Source: Podospora anserina
Lineage: Eukaryota
Direction of reading: 5' to 3'
Assembly (NCBI GenBank): GCA_017654855.1
Contig: JAFMPO010000001.1
Span: 744,001 to 808,000 of the forward strand
DNA: 64,000 nucleotides
This document shows, one piece after another, positions 1 through 12,900 of this stretch. Both the position numbers and the translations under genes were made by a program. The notes under the pieces were generated by a model. That model saw nothing but the letters and a program-made list of their open reading frames with translations. It searched no databases and had not been told where the DNA came from. Each line of letters begins with the position of its first letter. The stretch's first letter is position 1.

Positions 1-84
1 TTCGGAGTTCGATTCCCGACTCCGACTCCCTCCGGTCCGCTCCCCGCCCTTCCCCCCCATCCGGCGGCCGGAACGAATCAGACC

Positions 85-1383
85 ATGGCCGATACCCTTG
101 ACTCCATTGTCAAAGGCGCCCCCCTCTCCTCTGCGGCCGGCCTCACCTCCCGCAATGACCTCTCCAAAACAAGCGGTGTTACTGCCGAACCGGGCCCAGG
201 AGGCGCAGATGAGAAATCATCGTCGCCAACGGGAGATCCCCTCTCTCACACGCCGTCCTCCCCATCCATGATCTACCTCAACCTTTTGATACTCGAAGCC
301 TCCCTGCGCGTGCAGTATCTCGAGCTCCGCGCCCGGCGCCGGCATCACACTTTCTTTCTCTCGCTGCTCACGATATGGACGGCTGGGTTTGGGTACGCAC
401 TCTTTCTGGCACCAAGAGAAGACGGCTCGGGCGTGGGCGGATCGGTATACTGGATGGTGGAAACAACAGAAAGGATGTGCTTCCTAGGTGGCGTCATGAC
501 CGGACTGCTCGTCTGGCTGACTGGGATCTGGGAAAGGGGCGTGAGGTGGCCGAGAAGGTGGTTTACGGTCAGCAACAGGGGGCTGAGGGGGTTCAACTGT
601 AAGTTGGTGGTTATGAAAAGGCCATGGTGGAAGGAGGCGCTGAGCACAATCGGCTGGTTTTTGACGTATGGTGTGTTTTCGAACAATGGGAGTTCTTACC
701 GGTTTGTGGACCCGACCGTGTTGAGGGAGGTGGATAGGGAGTTGAATTTGAGCAAGGACTCGCATCCGAGTGTACATGTCACAAATTGGGATGAGGAAAA
801 GGGGGGGCATGAAGAGGACCTGGCGCCGGGTGGGGATTATGTCAAGCTTCTGCTGCTGGCGAAGCCGTTCTCGCCCAGCTTCCGGGAGAACTGGGAGTTG
901 TACAGGGCGGAGTACTGGGAAAGGGAGAACGAAAGGCGTGCTTTGTTGAGGGTGAAGCTTAAGGAGAGGGACCTCAGGCTGCGAAGGGAACACGGGGGTT
1001 GGCTTTGGTGGCTTCCCTGGCGCAAGGTGGTGGACAAACCGTCGCAGCACCATCCCGAGAAGGTAGCCCATCATCCACACCACCCTCGCCATGCGGCAGT
1101 ATTGGATGAACACAAGCGGACGAGGAGCGGGAGTGGCACCATGAGAAGAGGAAGCATGAACCTGGGAACACCAGGATCGCGAAGCACGACACCGACGCTC
1201 GAGGTTGACGACCAATATCTCGGTGTCACACGAAAGGCAAGCACATCTTCTACGGCGTCTGAAAAGAAGCGAAAGAAGCTAGGCTCGGCCAGCAAAACAC
1301 GACCCCGTGTGGAATCGAGGTCGGTGACGCCCGAAATAACGTCGCCCTTGGCCAAAGAGTCGACGCCGACGAAAAGAGTATAG
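85..1383 (+). CDS. SPO7: Spo7-like regulatory subunit of the Nem1-Spo7 phosphatase (432 aa, single exon)
   Basis: Contains IYLNLLILEASLRVQYLELRARRRHHTFFL followed by two hydrophobic segments, then NRGLRGFNCKLV and FRENWELYRAEYWERE, which match recalled Spo7 conserved regions. Confidence 0.85.
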   Translation: MADTLDSIVKGAPLSSAAGLTSRNDLSKTSGVTAEPGPGGADEKSSSPTGDPLSHTPSSPSMIYLNLLILEASLRVQYLELRARRRHHTFFLSLLTIWTAGFGYALFLAPREDGSGVGGSVYWMVETTERMCFLGGVMTGLLVWLTGIWERGVRWPRRWFTVSNRGLRGFNCKLVVMKRPWWKEALSTIGWFLTYGVFSNNGSSYRFVDPTVLREVDRELNLSKDSHPSVHVTNWDEEKGGHEEDLAPGGDYVKLLLLAKPFSPSFRENWELYRAEYWERENERRALLRVKLKERDLRLRREHGGWLWWLPWRKVVDKPSQHHPEKVAHHPHHPRHAAVLDEHKRTRSGSGTMRRGSMNLGTPGSRSTTPTLEVDDQYLGVTRKASTSSTASEKKRKKLGSASKTRPRVESRSVTPEITSPLAKESTPTKRV

Positions 1384-2223
1384 ATCATGTCGATCAAGTT
1401 TCTGAGAAGAGTTTTGGGTTTGAAATGCTGCTTCTAGCGGCTGGCTGCATTGCACACAGATAGACCTGCTTGGTTGAGCGAGCATGCTTTCGTTACTACC
1501 CTGAATGCAATGCCTTGAGGCGGTGCCTATGTTGTCGATGTTTTTACTTGGTTGTCCAACGAAGTACGATGCAAGGTACCAGCTGAATAGCTCTAATTCA
1601 ACTCCTCCATAAGATTTGGGTATTACTCTCGACTCCTCAACTGAACAACACATCCTGGGTGGATTTAATGAAGATGGGCATTCTTTTAGGTGGTTCTCTA
1701 TCGAGTTGGAGACGTTATCCTTTTATGTAAGACGGTGCATCAAAGCTCCCAACTTCTTTCACTGCGCCCTTGTGGTATAAAGTCTCTGGACTGGCTAAGC
1801 TGCAGGTGACATGCCGCCGCCCCACACTGCTGCCTGCCACTCAACTGTTCCCTTGCGGCAGGTTAGGTCTGCATCTCACTTGAGTCGAGAGCCACAGGCA
1901 TAGCGGACGTTCATCTCACCAATTCACACCGTCGACTTCAGTAATCCTCTATCAGGAGATTTTTTTTTGCTCACTATATACCTACGTGGCGCGACACCAT
2001 CATATCCTATAGCCTGGCAGCTCTCTCTGCCAAAAGACACACCAGCAGCCTTGGTGAGCTCATATTAAAGTCGGCCAGCGGAGTGCCTAGTCAAGATTTC
2101 ACTTCCAGAACCCCAAGACTAAACACCCCTTCAGTCAAACTCTTCTGCTTTGAATTCGCATTATCTGATTTGAGACCTCTCATTGCGATCTCGTAAGGAA
2201 TCAACACACAACAACCTATTGAA

Positions 2224-3225
2224 ATGGACATGGAACGGGAAAAATCGCCCATCGCCGAAGGAGTGGTCCGCTCGGCACAAACCATGCGTCGCGCCCCTGA
2301 ACCCCCATATATTCATATTCCCACTCTCCTAGGACGGTCCAGCAACCCAACTCTGTCCATCGACCCTTTCTCGGATTTAAACAATTCCTCTGGTGCAGGT
2401 GATTACACAGAGGAGGAGCTCCGGGGGCTGTTTAGTCACCTCGACACCGAGCGAGCTATCGATCCGTCTCTCCATTGGCAGTACGCCCACCGCCGGCTGG
2501 CTCAGCCCATCCTTGATTTTATTTACCTCGGTCCCGCCAGCAGCGTCAAAGATCATGACTTTCTTCGAGAGAAGGGGATAACGCTCATTTTTGGCGTCGC
2601 GGACGCTCGGTACAAGGGGATTCTTCGAAGCATCCAGCGCGCCGCTGAAGAAGTAGGGATAGCGGCTGACAGTGTTGACGTTCCACACATGCAGAGCATG
2701 ATCGGACTATTCGGGCAAGCTGCCCAAAAAATCAATGCTCACCTCATCGCTGCCGCGCGCTCTGATCCCACCGGTCAAAGGAAAGGCAAGGTCTTGGTGG
2801 TGTGTGAGACGGGAAACGACCGCTCTGCCGTTTTTGTGACGGCATACCTGATGAGTATGTTTGGACTTAATCTTGTCCAGGCGGTTCACTTTGTCGTGCT
2901 GCAGCGGTTTTGCGTGTCACTTACAGACGATGACAAGACGGTACTGCAGACGTATCAGGATATCCTACAGGCGAAAAGGGATGTGACGAGGAGTCGGGGT
3001 CAGCCACAGGATGGTAGCCAGGGGCAGGAAAATGTCAGGAGCATGATCAAGAGGAGGTTGTCCAGGGCGACATCCTCCGTTCAGCCACAGCAGGGGCAGG
3101 GATCAACAGAGGATGTGTTCATGGAGGTTGATGGAGATTATAGTGACGATTTGGAAAGATTCAGAGGTGGGGATGAGGCCGGGCAGAGGAGGGATTTTGC
3201 GCCGTTTGTGTCACGGGAGGTGTAG
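2224..3225 (+). CDS. Dual-specificity protein phosphatase family protein (333 aa)
   Basis: Has ILDFIYLGP, the CX5R loop VLVVCETGNDRS and the following AYLM motif typical of DSPc domains. Confidence 0.85.
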   Translation: MDMEREKSPIAEGVVRSAQTMRRAPEPPYIHIPTLLGRSSNPTLSIDPFSDLNNSSGAGDYTEEELRGLFSHLDTERAIDPSLHWQYAHRRLAQPILDFIYLGPASSVKDHDFLREKGITLIFGVADARYKGILRSIQRAAEEVGIAADSVDVPHMQSMIGLFGQAAQKINAHLIAAARSDPTGQRKGKVLVVCETGNDRSAVFVTAYLMSMFGLNLVQAVHFVVLQRFCVSLTDDDKTVLQTYQDILQAKRDVTRSRGQPQDGSQGQENVRSMIKRRLSRATSSVQPQQGQGSTEDVFMEVDGDYSDDLERFRGGDEAGQRRDFAPFVSREV

Positions 3226-4138
3226 GAGCCTTCACATAGGTCCTATTCCAAAGACAGGGTGGAGTTGTGGCACACAGGGAGAATGCAGTGTTTTTACGCC
3301 GGCGGCCGCGAGAGAGGAGGGAAACGTGTGTAATTAATTTTGCTTACGGAGCATCGCTTTGAAGGAGTTGACAGATTCCTGGGACATGTGGGAAAACGGA
3401 AGGATAGGTCACGCGGTTCGGTTGGGTTCAGTTCAGTTATATACCCCCCTTTCTCTTTGCGCACATGCACAGCAGAAATGTGTTGCCGCAGATTGGCTAG
3501 CTAATGGCTAGATAGTAATGGACACATAACTTGATGCTGAAACTGTCAATGCCAACTGTGAAAATCAAATACCTTGGTAAGGCATGCGCTCTGTTGAGGA
3601 CAATCCTTCTGGTAAAGTACAGCTCTATATAAAACTGATGACAAGGCTGGTTTCAAGACAACCCTACGTCATACCATTGCCCTCCGATGTCGCCAGCCCT
3701 TCTTCATCATTCTCCTGAGAGCTGAAATGAGATGCTCAGGTCAAGGGATTAAGATCCCACACACCAGACACACCTCCGAAATATCACATGTTGCTCAGCT
3801 TCTTATGCAGCACGTTTTACGCGGGGAAGAGGGGAAGGTCACCCCATCTATATGTACCCCACGTTTAAGTGTCTGTTCACCTGCATGCTGCATCATCCCA
3901 CCCACGATATAGCACAGCTTCGAAGCGACAAAAGTTTAGCAAAACAGTTGTTGTTGTTGCGAAAATGTCCATCTGCCTGTGGTATAAGGTACTAGGGTTC
4001 TGGCAGTAGTGAATCTCAAACCTCACATCAAGTGGAAAGAATGGCAGCACAGGTTTAAGATAGACATGCCAAAGTACGCAAATCCAATGCTGTATTGCCT
4101 TGTTGAAAAGTTCAAACTGCCTTCCCCCATCTATCCTC

Positions 4139-5718
4139 CTACCAAGCAGTGATATCCCCCACCTCTGCCTCCCCAAACGTGCTGCTCTTGGTCACAACTC
4201 CAACCCCTTCCTCCTCCACTCCCTGATCACCCACATCCTTCTCCATAATATCTGGGAGCACCTCCTTCAAAAAGCCAAGAATATACCGATTCACCTGCTC
4301 AAACTGCAACAGGAAAGCATCGTGCCCCTCCGGGCTGTCTATCCTCTCCAATCTCGCATCAGGAATATGTGCCGCCAGCTCTTCCTGCTCCGCAAAAGTA
4401 AACAACCCGTCGCTCTCGATACCCAAAACAAGAGTAGGTTGCTGAATCAAAGCCAGCGCCTCGGCAACGGTCGGGGCGCGGTCGCGGCTCACGTCGTGGG
4501 TGTCCAGCTTGCGGGTCATGGCGATGTAACAGTTGCTGTCGAAGCGCTTGACGAACTTCTGTCCCTGGTAGCGGAGGTACGACTGCGCGGAAAAGTAAGT
4601 GGATTGCGCGGGCATAACCTCTCCTCCAGTCAAGCTCTCCTTGGCTGGGCCGTGAAACTGAGGGTCAGGGGCTGCCTCTTCCGCCTCTGCAGCCTTGTCT
4701 GCCCTGCTTTTCCCATTGTTGGAAGAAGGCGAAAGCGGGATATTTTCGCTCTGGCTGTTGGTCCGGGGCGGGGATCGCTTCCATTTGTGCCCGTCATTGT
4801 GGATGTGGAAATGGGCTTCGGACGGGGTGGTGGGGTCCGGCCTCTCGCGGATGGCCTGCCGCTTGGAGGGATCCGGGGTGTTGCGGCCGAATCGTGCCTC
4901 GAACGAGTTTCGGCTCCGGTACGTCAGCAAGGCGGCCATGCGCGCGGCTCCGAGACCGGTGACGGGTGGGTCCTCATAGGAATAATACCCGTCTTCATAC
5001 TTGGGGTCGGCGTAGATGGACTGCCGTTGGGCTTCCCCCCAGCTGATGCCCCAGGCGCTGTGTCGGCTCGAGGTGGCGATGGGGACGACGCACCGCACAT
5101 ACTCCTTGCCGAGGTAGGCCCATTCCAACACAAACATGCCACCGAGGGAGCCGCCGATCACGGCTGCCACCTGCTTGACGCCCAATTCATCTAGGAGCAA
5201 CTTGTGAAGTCTGACATCATCCCTGATGGTGGTGAGGGGAAATTCTGGTCCGTAGTTGCCCTTGGAGGCATCTCCGTCTTTGGCGGTGACGGGACTGGCG
5301 GTTCCGTATGGGCTCCCCAGGCTGTTCATGCATACGATGAAGAAGCGAGTTACGTCGAAGGCTCTCCCTGCCCGGCCCAGCAGAGGGCCCCACCAGTCGC
5401 TCACATCGGCGCTGCCAGTGAGAGCGTGGCATATGACCATGGCATTGTCGCCCTCCGGGTTGAGAGTGCCTCTCGTGGTGTAGGCAACAGGTACATTTCG
5501 CAGAGTCACTCCAGACTCGAGGGTGAAGGATGGAATAATGGCGATTTGCTGGTCCGGGATGAGGGTAGCGAACGGATTCTCAGGCTGAGATGTGATTCTT
5601 TCTTGGAAGTATTCAGTCACCGGTCTTAATTTTATGGGAGGTCAAAAAAAGGAGCCAGAGGTTGACCTGACTCACCATATACTGGCTTCTCGCCCTCAAC
5701 GCTGATGTGTGACGGCAT
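4139..5718 (-). CDS. MET2: Homoserine O-acetyltransferase; exons 5718-5676 and 5601-4139, intron 5675-5602 (~501 aa)
   Basis: Motifs CHALTGS, the GGSLGG nucleophile elbow, GIESDGLF and EGHDAFLL. The upstream exon MPSHISVEGEKPVY joins in frame through a GTGAGT...CAAG intron. Confidence 0.95.
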
Positions 5719-5863
5719 GATGGGGAAGGTATGTGCTGTGGAAAAGATGAAAAAGACCGGCTGTATGTGACAAGAGCGAATGTGTCAAACCAGAAACACA
5801 AATGGGGCTAGAGTTGGAACAGAGGGATTGTTCCAGAAGGGCGGGAAAAGATCAATGAAGAAG

Positions 5864-6062
5864 GAGTCATGGAAATTCGGGAATCATAACAGAAAAGAAA
5901 GAAAAAAAAGGCTCTTCATAATATAAGTGCATGCAGGAGGCTTCCAATGCATGGCCCCCTACCCACGGTCAGGAACAGTCATCGGTCATCAAGTTATCCG
6001 CGTGGGTGGATGGATGGGAACGTGCTTGCACAGCAGGAGCCGCAAGCGTGGATTGCGCCATC
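5864..6062. promoter_or_regulatory. MET2/THO2 divergent promoter with a candidate CPC1/Gcn4 site (TGACTC, minus strand, 5864-5869) and a candidate CYS3/MetR-like site (ATTGCGCCATC, 6052-6062)
   Basis: Motif matches seen ~150 and ~335 bp upstream of the MET2 ATG. The function is inferred from known amino-acid and sulfur regulons. Confidence 0.4.
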
Positions 6063-6932
6063 GCTAGCACCCATCTCTGGCACGGGCACACGCGGTATTG
6101 ATCGAGAGGGTGTTCTCTCCATTCTCCATTCACCCATCCAGGGCACTCTGTTCTGCTACCCAAAGCGCTGGAAGGGCCAGAACGGGCAAGGTTCTGGGCA
6201 GAACATCGCCGGCAATCGGCCTTTTCTTGGTGGTTTAGAGTGGGGCAGAAGCGCACTGATCCCAGATGCCCCGACTTTTGGCTGTTGGACTGCGACCAGG
6301 TAGACAGTACTCGCAAATACCGCGTGACTGTCACCCAAAGCCAGGTACTCTACCACAAAAGATACCAACCTCCAATTCGACCTATCAGCCCCACCTTGTT
6401 ATCTTGGCAGCCTCACCCAACAAGGCTGCTGTTTTTGATCTGCCAAGCTTTTGTTGCAGCAGAACGCAGCGACCACGACCACGAGCTTGCAGTTTGGCGA
6501 TTCTCACGCGAATCACCAACTTCTATCCTTCACCAACATCCAACTCGAGCCAGCGACGCCGACGAGCAGCAATCGATACATCGGCCCAATTTCCTCCCTC
6601 TACGCGGTGAGGCCGAATGAAAGGAATTTCAGAAAGCATTGCAAACGATACTCCGTCTCGGTCCATTTGGTACGTGAATTGCTGATTGTACCACCTTTGC
6701 CTGCCTAGGACACTTTTCTGTTGTCTTGGGGTCGAAGAGCTCAACCACATCTACCCCGTCTGCGATATGAGTACCGCGAAACGATCTTGCCTGTCATCTC
6801 GGAATTCTAATACACATTAAGGTGTTGATAGGTATAACTTTTGCATCGTTGAGCTAGCGCGACAGCGCCTGCGGATTGCAGTCCGCATCACCAATAAATG
6901 ACCCCAACACGATACCTTCGATATCACGATTA

Positions 6933-9900
6933 ATGATGGGCCAGCAGAGGAAGAGAAAAGATCGGGTCCCACCAGACTCGGGGTCATCTAGACCTTCCCC
7001 GCATCGTCCTCAGGATACCTCACTAGGGCAGCACGACCGAAGCTTTGATGGGGGCAACCGCAACAATCGGGCAGGAGCAGGTGGCGGCGGTGGTGGGAAC
7101 AGAAACCTCCGGAGAGATAATCGTCGCGACTCCTCTCAATCTCATATTGCGCCTCCTCCATCATCAAGCGCTCCGGCTTCAATATCTCCAACCATGGCTC
7201 GACCATCGAGTGCCTCTTCGCAAACCCCTCTGCCTCCTTTGACGACAACCGTCACCCCAACACCAGCACCCCAGTCAGCACCCCCATCTCCCATTCTGGT
7301 TGATGAGGATTATACCATCGTCACCGACGACTGCATTAGCAGATGGAGCAAGGGCGCCCGCCAACAGATCATCGAGCATGGTGTCCAATCTCGCGAGGAC
7401 GAGGATCTTACCGAGGTCGCTTCCATCTTCCAGGAGCTTGTCTGGTCAGTCAACACCGGCAGGCTACGCGGCGCCGACGCTGGCGGTGTCGTGAGGGAAA
7501 TCCTGGGGCCTGAGCCGTCGGAGGAGGAGCGCGAAGCTGGGGCTTTCGACCCGCATACTTTGTTCTTGGACACAGTTGGCAGTTATTCCGACACCCAGAC
7601 GGACTCCGTACGACAGCAGTTTCAGGATTTCATGATGGCTAGCGGGGTCTCTCTGTCCCTTATGCGCGTCGATCTTGACCCTTCAGTTCTGGCGCCTCTC
7701 GAGCTGGTTCGCGACACCTTTTTTAGAATGAGTATTCGCACCTCCACCAATTTGCTCTACCGCCAGGCAAGTTACAACCTGTTGCGTGAGGAAACCGAGG
7801 GCTTCTCCAAGCTAGTGACGGAAATCTTCACCACGTGTTCCAACGAGCCGGCCTCTTCGGAGGTTGTACAGGATACTTTTAACAAGGTTATGGGCCTTAT
7901 TGGGACCTTCGATCTGAATCCCGGCCGAGTTCTCGACATTACATTGGATGTGTTTGCCGCCATTCTCGTCAAGCAGTTCCGTTTCTTCATCAAGTTTCTT
8001 CGCTTCAGCTCGTGGTGGCCGCGAAGCCAACTCACATTGCCAACTGATACCTACGTTGGCGGACTTCCATTATGGGCCCACCCAGATCACGAGAGTCCAT
8101 TCAACAGTGAGGAGGAGGATGCGATGGCGGCGGCCCAGCGTTTGCAACGAGATATCGCCTTCTGGGAGAGGGCCCGCCAAGTCAAACTCGACGCCTTCTT
8201 TGAACTGGGTGGTAGACAGCTTACTGCTGCCGACGAAGAACGACTGGCGAACGGCACTGCTGCAAAGAACGCAGAATCCGAGATTGAGCAGGAGTGGATT
8301 AGGATCACTAGAACACTTCCGCCTTGCGGTAACCGCGACGCCGCTCAGATGCTTGGCTTCAAGTTGCGCTTTTACACGTCGGATGCCAGAGACCCAGAAG
8401 ATACCCTTCCCGCCAACCTATTGTACCTCACAGCACTCTTGATCAAAGTGGGTTTCATATCCTTGACAGATATCTGGAACTTTATCTGGCCCCGCGACGA
8501 GGAGATGGAGGAAACTAGAACCGAAAAAATGAAGGAGCTGGAGGAGAAAGAAAGGGCTAATCGCCCTGGCGCCGCCAAGAATGCTCTGATGATGGCTGGT
8601 GCTCTACCGGACGAGGGCCCCTCCGGCCAGCCCATCAACTCTTCCCGCCGCGATGCCGCTTCAAACAAGGCCGATACGGAAATGAAGGGTGCGGACTCTA
8701 CGGAAGACAAGCCGAAGCTCCCCAAGCCTCAGGACCAAAAGCTTCATCTTCTCCACTGTCTTCTTATCATCGGTGCTCTTCCAGAGGCGCTTTTTATGAT
8801 TGGACGACACGACTGGGTTCTTGAGGCCGATCCGGAAACCGTGACCTTGCTTCACCGAATCCTTAGACACTCTATCGATGTTGTCTACAACCAGAGCCGC
8901 CCGACGGCAGCGGCGTCAACCGACTGCCCCCCCAAAGCGATGCCTGACATGGATCAGAGTGGTGTGACCAAAGGCAGTATCAGGGTCAGCACGGCACCTC
9001 CTAAGCGTCCTTTGAAATGGCCTCACGTCGACAAGAATGATCACGACGGCTCCAACTACCGGTTCTATTGGGACGAGTGGGCTGATAACGTCCCTGTTTG
9101 TCAGACAGTCGACGACCTGTTTACCCTCTTCGATACCCTGATGAATGTGGTGGGCGTCAACATCGGCCTGGATGCTGATCTGATGGCCAAACTTAGCAGC
9201 ATCGGCACCAAGAGTCTTGCTGATGATCAATCGCCAGAAAATGTCAGCCGGTGGCTTGATATTCTCAAACGTCTCTTGGTGCCAGCGCTGAGCCTGGGGG
9301 AAACCAACACTTCGGTGGCTGACAGTGTGTGGAACCTTCTCAAGCAATATCCCATCAGCATTCGGTACAACATCTATGCCGAGTGGTACCAAGGGTCTAT
9401 TTCTCGACTAGAACCCATTCGAAAGGCTTTTGCAAAGACCAGATTGGAGACACTCAGCATTCTCAAGCGGTTGTCACTCACCAACATTCCGGAAATGGCC
9501 AAGAGTCTGGCCAAGATTGCTTATCCATCCCCAGGAATCGTCTGCAAAGTCTCACTCTCCCAAATCGAATCCTACAGCAACTTCATCGAGGCTTTTGTCG
9601 AATGCACCAAGTACTTTACGGATCTTGGATATGACGTCTTGGTCTGGTCGGTCCTGAGCTCTCTCGGTGGCCAACAGAGAAGTCGTACTCAGGAGGACTC
9701 AGTTCTGCTCACGAGCAGATGGTTACAAGCGCTGTCCAAGTTTTCCGGCAGAGTCTTTCAGCGCTATGCCAATGTTGACTCGTCCCCAATCCTTCGATAT
9801 GTTCACAACCAACTCCTCCAAGGAAACTCGACTGATCTCGTCATTTTGAAGGAGCTGGTTGTGTCAATGGGCGGTGTCGTGTCCGACCTTGACTTCACGG

Positions 9901-12900
9901 ATGCCCAGTTGCACGCTATGACGGGTGGCGAGTTACTTCGGCGTGAGACTCTGATCAATCTCGGCGACAAGCGGGCGGCGTCTACTCGCAGCGCTGAGCG
10001 TCTCATGAGGGCGTTGACGAGCTCCAAGTTAGCAGGCCAACTTCTCATCAACATCGCTCAGTACCGGCAGAACGCCATCTATGCTGAGGAAGGCGGTGCA
10101 CATATTAAATACTTGGCCACAGTCGTTGACGACACCCATCAGATTCTCCTCCAGTATCTCGATCTACTGAAGAGCAACCTAGATGCCGTCACCTTCAACA
10201 ATCTTGTCCCTGACATCCTCCAGCTCATGCGGGACTTTGGCTTGGAGGCCAACCTTGCCTTTTTGATTCGGCGGTCCAGCATTCGCTGGGAAGTGAAGGG
10301 CTCCGCCAACTCAACCGAGCTCGCCAAGGTCGCTGCGGACGGGGATGGTGATGTTGCAATGGATTCGGCTGATGAGAACGGGGCCTCTGGCTCAGATGGC
10401 GCTGAGAATGGCTCGCCCAAAACCCCCGAGAACCGTGTGCCAGAGTCTTTAGCTGAGGCCCTCGCGCCACTCATCGAAGAGATACCCAGTGTGCTCCCAC
10501 AACAGGATTGGCGATACATCAGCCCATCGTTCTACGTCTTCTTCTGGTCACTCCACCTAGGCAACCTACTCTTCCCCCAGGAAAGTTACCAAGTGGAGAA
10601 TAGCAGACTCATCAAGCAGGCAGAAGAAGTCATGAGGGACAGAACGGACATGACTCGGCACGGGATGAACAAGAAGACCCAGAAACGGAACGAGATCTTG
10701 GATCGCCAAAAGCTTCTCTTGAAGGAGATGAACGAAGGCCTCACCCGTTTCTCCAAAGCTAGAGTACACCTCGGCAGACAAGTCGACAGCTGGTTTCCAG
10801 CGCCCATCACCAAGGCTGATGCAGCATCGGACGCGCTTCTCGAGGAGTGCATCTTACCCCGTTTGCACCTCTCACCGTTGGATGCCGAATACTGCTTCAG
10901 ACTGGTCAAGTTTTTGCACGAGTTCTCTACTTCAAACTTCAAGCTCATGTCACTCTACGATCGACTCTTCAACCACAACCGTCTCCGGGCCATCATCTTC
11001 ACCTGCACCGTCCGCGAAGCTGAACATGTTGGCCGGTTCTTGAAGCTCATTCTTGGCGACCTGTCCAAGTGGCATGGTGATAAGAATGCTTACGAAAAGG
11101 AGGCCCTGGGCCTGAAGGAGGTTAGCAAAACTCGCCAGTACCTTGGTTTTGCAACCGCTTTCGACGCGGATGGAAAGCCAACCGAGTTTGTCGAGCATGA
11201 TGCCTTCAAAGATCTGCTGTTCAAATGGCACAAGGAACTGAACACCGCCTTGAGATCTTGCCTGAATGGCATGGAATGGATGCATATTCGCAATGCCATC
11301 ACCGTTCTCAAGTCCGTCATTGATTACTTCCCCGCCATCAACTTCATGGCCGACAAATTTCTGGAGCAGCTCAAGACCATCACTGAACGTGAAGCTGCTT
11401 CCAAGAATGCATCCGAATCCGCAATGGGCCACCGTGTCGATCTTTCTGTCACCGCGCAGACTGCCTACTCCGAACTACAGAAGAGAAAGTCGAAATGGAT
11501 CCTTGTTCAGGCATTCAGGCCAGGCGCTGTAAGTGGCCACAGCTCCGTCATTACAAGACCAACACTAACCATATGCACACAGAAGGGCGATTCGACACCA
11601 ACGCCTGGGCTCCGTGGCTCCGCAGCAGAATTCAAGCCAGCCGGCTCTCGCGCGCACCAAGCCGAAGTTGAAGACGGCGAAGTTACCAAGGACGGAGCAG
11701 GCAAGAAGAAGAGTGATTCAAGGGCAAGGGATGAAAAGCACATCCTGCCGAAACCCCCACCCCCGCGGGAACCTCTGCGAGAGTCTAATGGACCTGGTCA
11801 GAGGGTGGGCCCAGCCAACGGCCCATCTGGAAAGCCGAACAGTTCTCGATCGAACCCAACCGGGCCAGCATCTTCTGGTGGCCGCCCTGAACGGCATGAG
11901 CGACATGAGCGTCCGGAGCGGCCGGAACCACCCAAGTTCTCTACCCTCCCACCAGTTGGTCATGGCCTACCAAACAAACCAGATCTTCCGGCTAGGCCCG
12001 AGCCTGCTTTCCCAAGAGGTGCCAACGATAGGTTTGGAGCGACGCGTCACGATAGGCGTGAGCCTCCAGCTCGCGACGCCCGTGATTTCAGCAGGGACAG
12101 TCGCGACTCTCGTGATTCTCGAGAGCTGAGAGAAGCCAGGGATTCACGGGATGCCCATCCAGCACACCCACCCCTTCCTTCTCACCCATCGCACGCACGT
12201 GATGCCCGTGATCCTCGCGATCCCCATGGTCCTCGTGAGGCTAGAGATTTCCGCGCTCCAGAAGTTCCACGGTCAGAGCGGCCTCGCGACTTTTCGTCTG
12301 ATCGACGAGCCACTGATGCTGGTCCGCGGGACCCTGCTCGCGCTTCAGAGAGGGATTGGTCAACCCGCAGTGAACTGCCACCTCGATGGAATGAGCACGG
12401 TGCGCCCGCTGACAGAGACGCCCGTGGTCCTCGTGACCGGGCGCCACATGCTTCCGGTCGACATGATCAAAGAGGACCTAGAGAACCACCAGTGGGACAA
12501 TCTCCTCAGACCAGTTCGGCATCGAATGCGTCCCAAGATCCGCCTACTCATCCAGATCGTGCTCGTGCTATTGCGGATGCCGATCGGCCCGACATCATCA
12601 ACCCAGCTAGAGCCGCGCTTATCAACGACAGCAGAGATGCGCCTCCTCGTTCGGGTCATAGAGATCAGCTCCGCGATCGGCCTGGTCGGACTGAATCGCC
12701 GAGACGAACAGATCACTCCGCGGCGAATGCAGCACAGCCGGACAACTCGCGGGATGAACGACATGGGCGTCACCGTCACTCGGATCATCATAATACGAGC
12801 CGGGAAGGTCGTCCAGACAGCTTACCATCGCATCCCCGTCAGGATCGCACTCAAGATCATGGCTCCTCACACTCTCGTCCGGATCGCAACACAGATCACA

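Noticed and set aside
1..25. GGAGTTCGATTCCC, resembling a tRNA T-loop/B-box
   Set aside because: The stem does not pair properly, the sequence is cut by the window edge, and it lies just upstream of the SPO7 ATG.
4100..5194. 364-aa ORF antisense to MET2
   Set aside because: It is an antisense shadow of a codon-biased gene and has no protein features.
5790..5812. ACACAAATGGGGCTA, similar to the RNase MRP P4 3' strand
   Set aside because: There is no matching GAAAGTCCCC 5' strand upstream.
6876..6932. TTG-initiated N-terminal extension of THO2 (likewise FAS1 33357-33268)
   Set aside because: This is an artefact of alternative start codons in the ORF track; in-frame ATGs follow.
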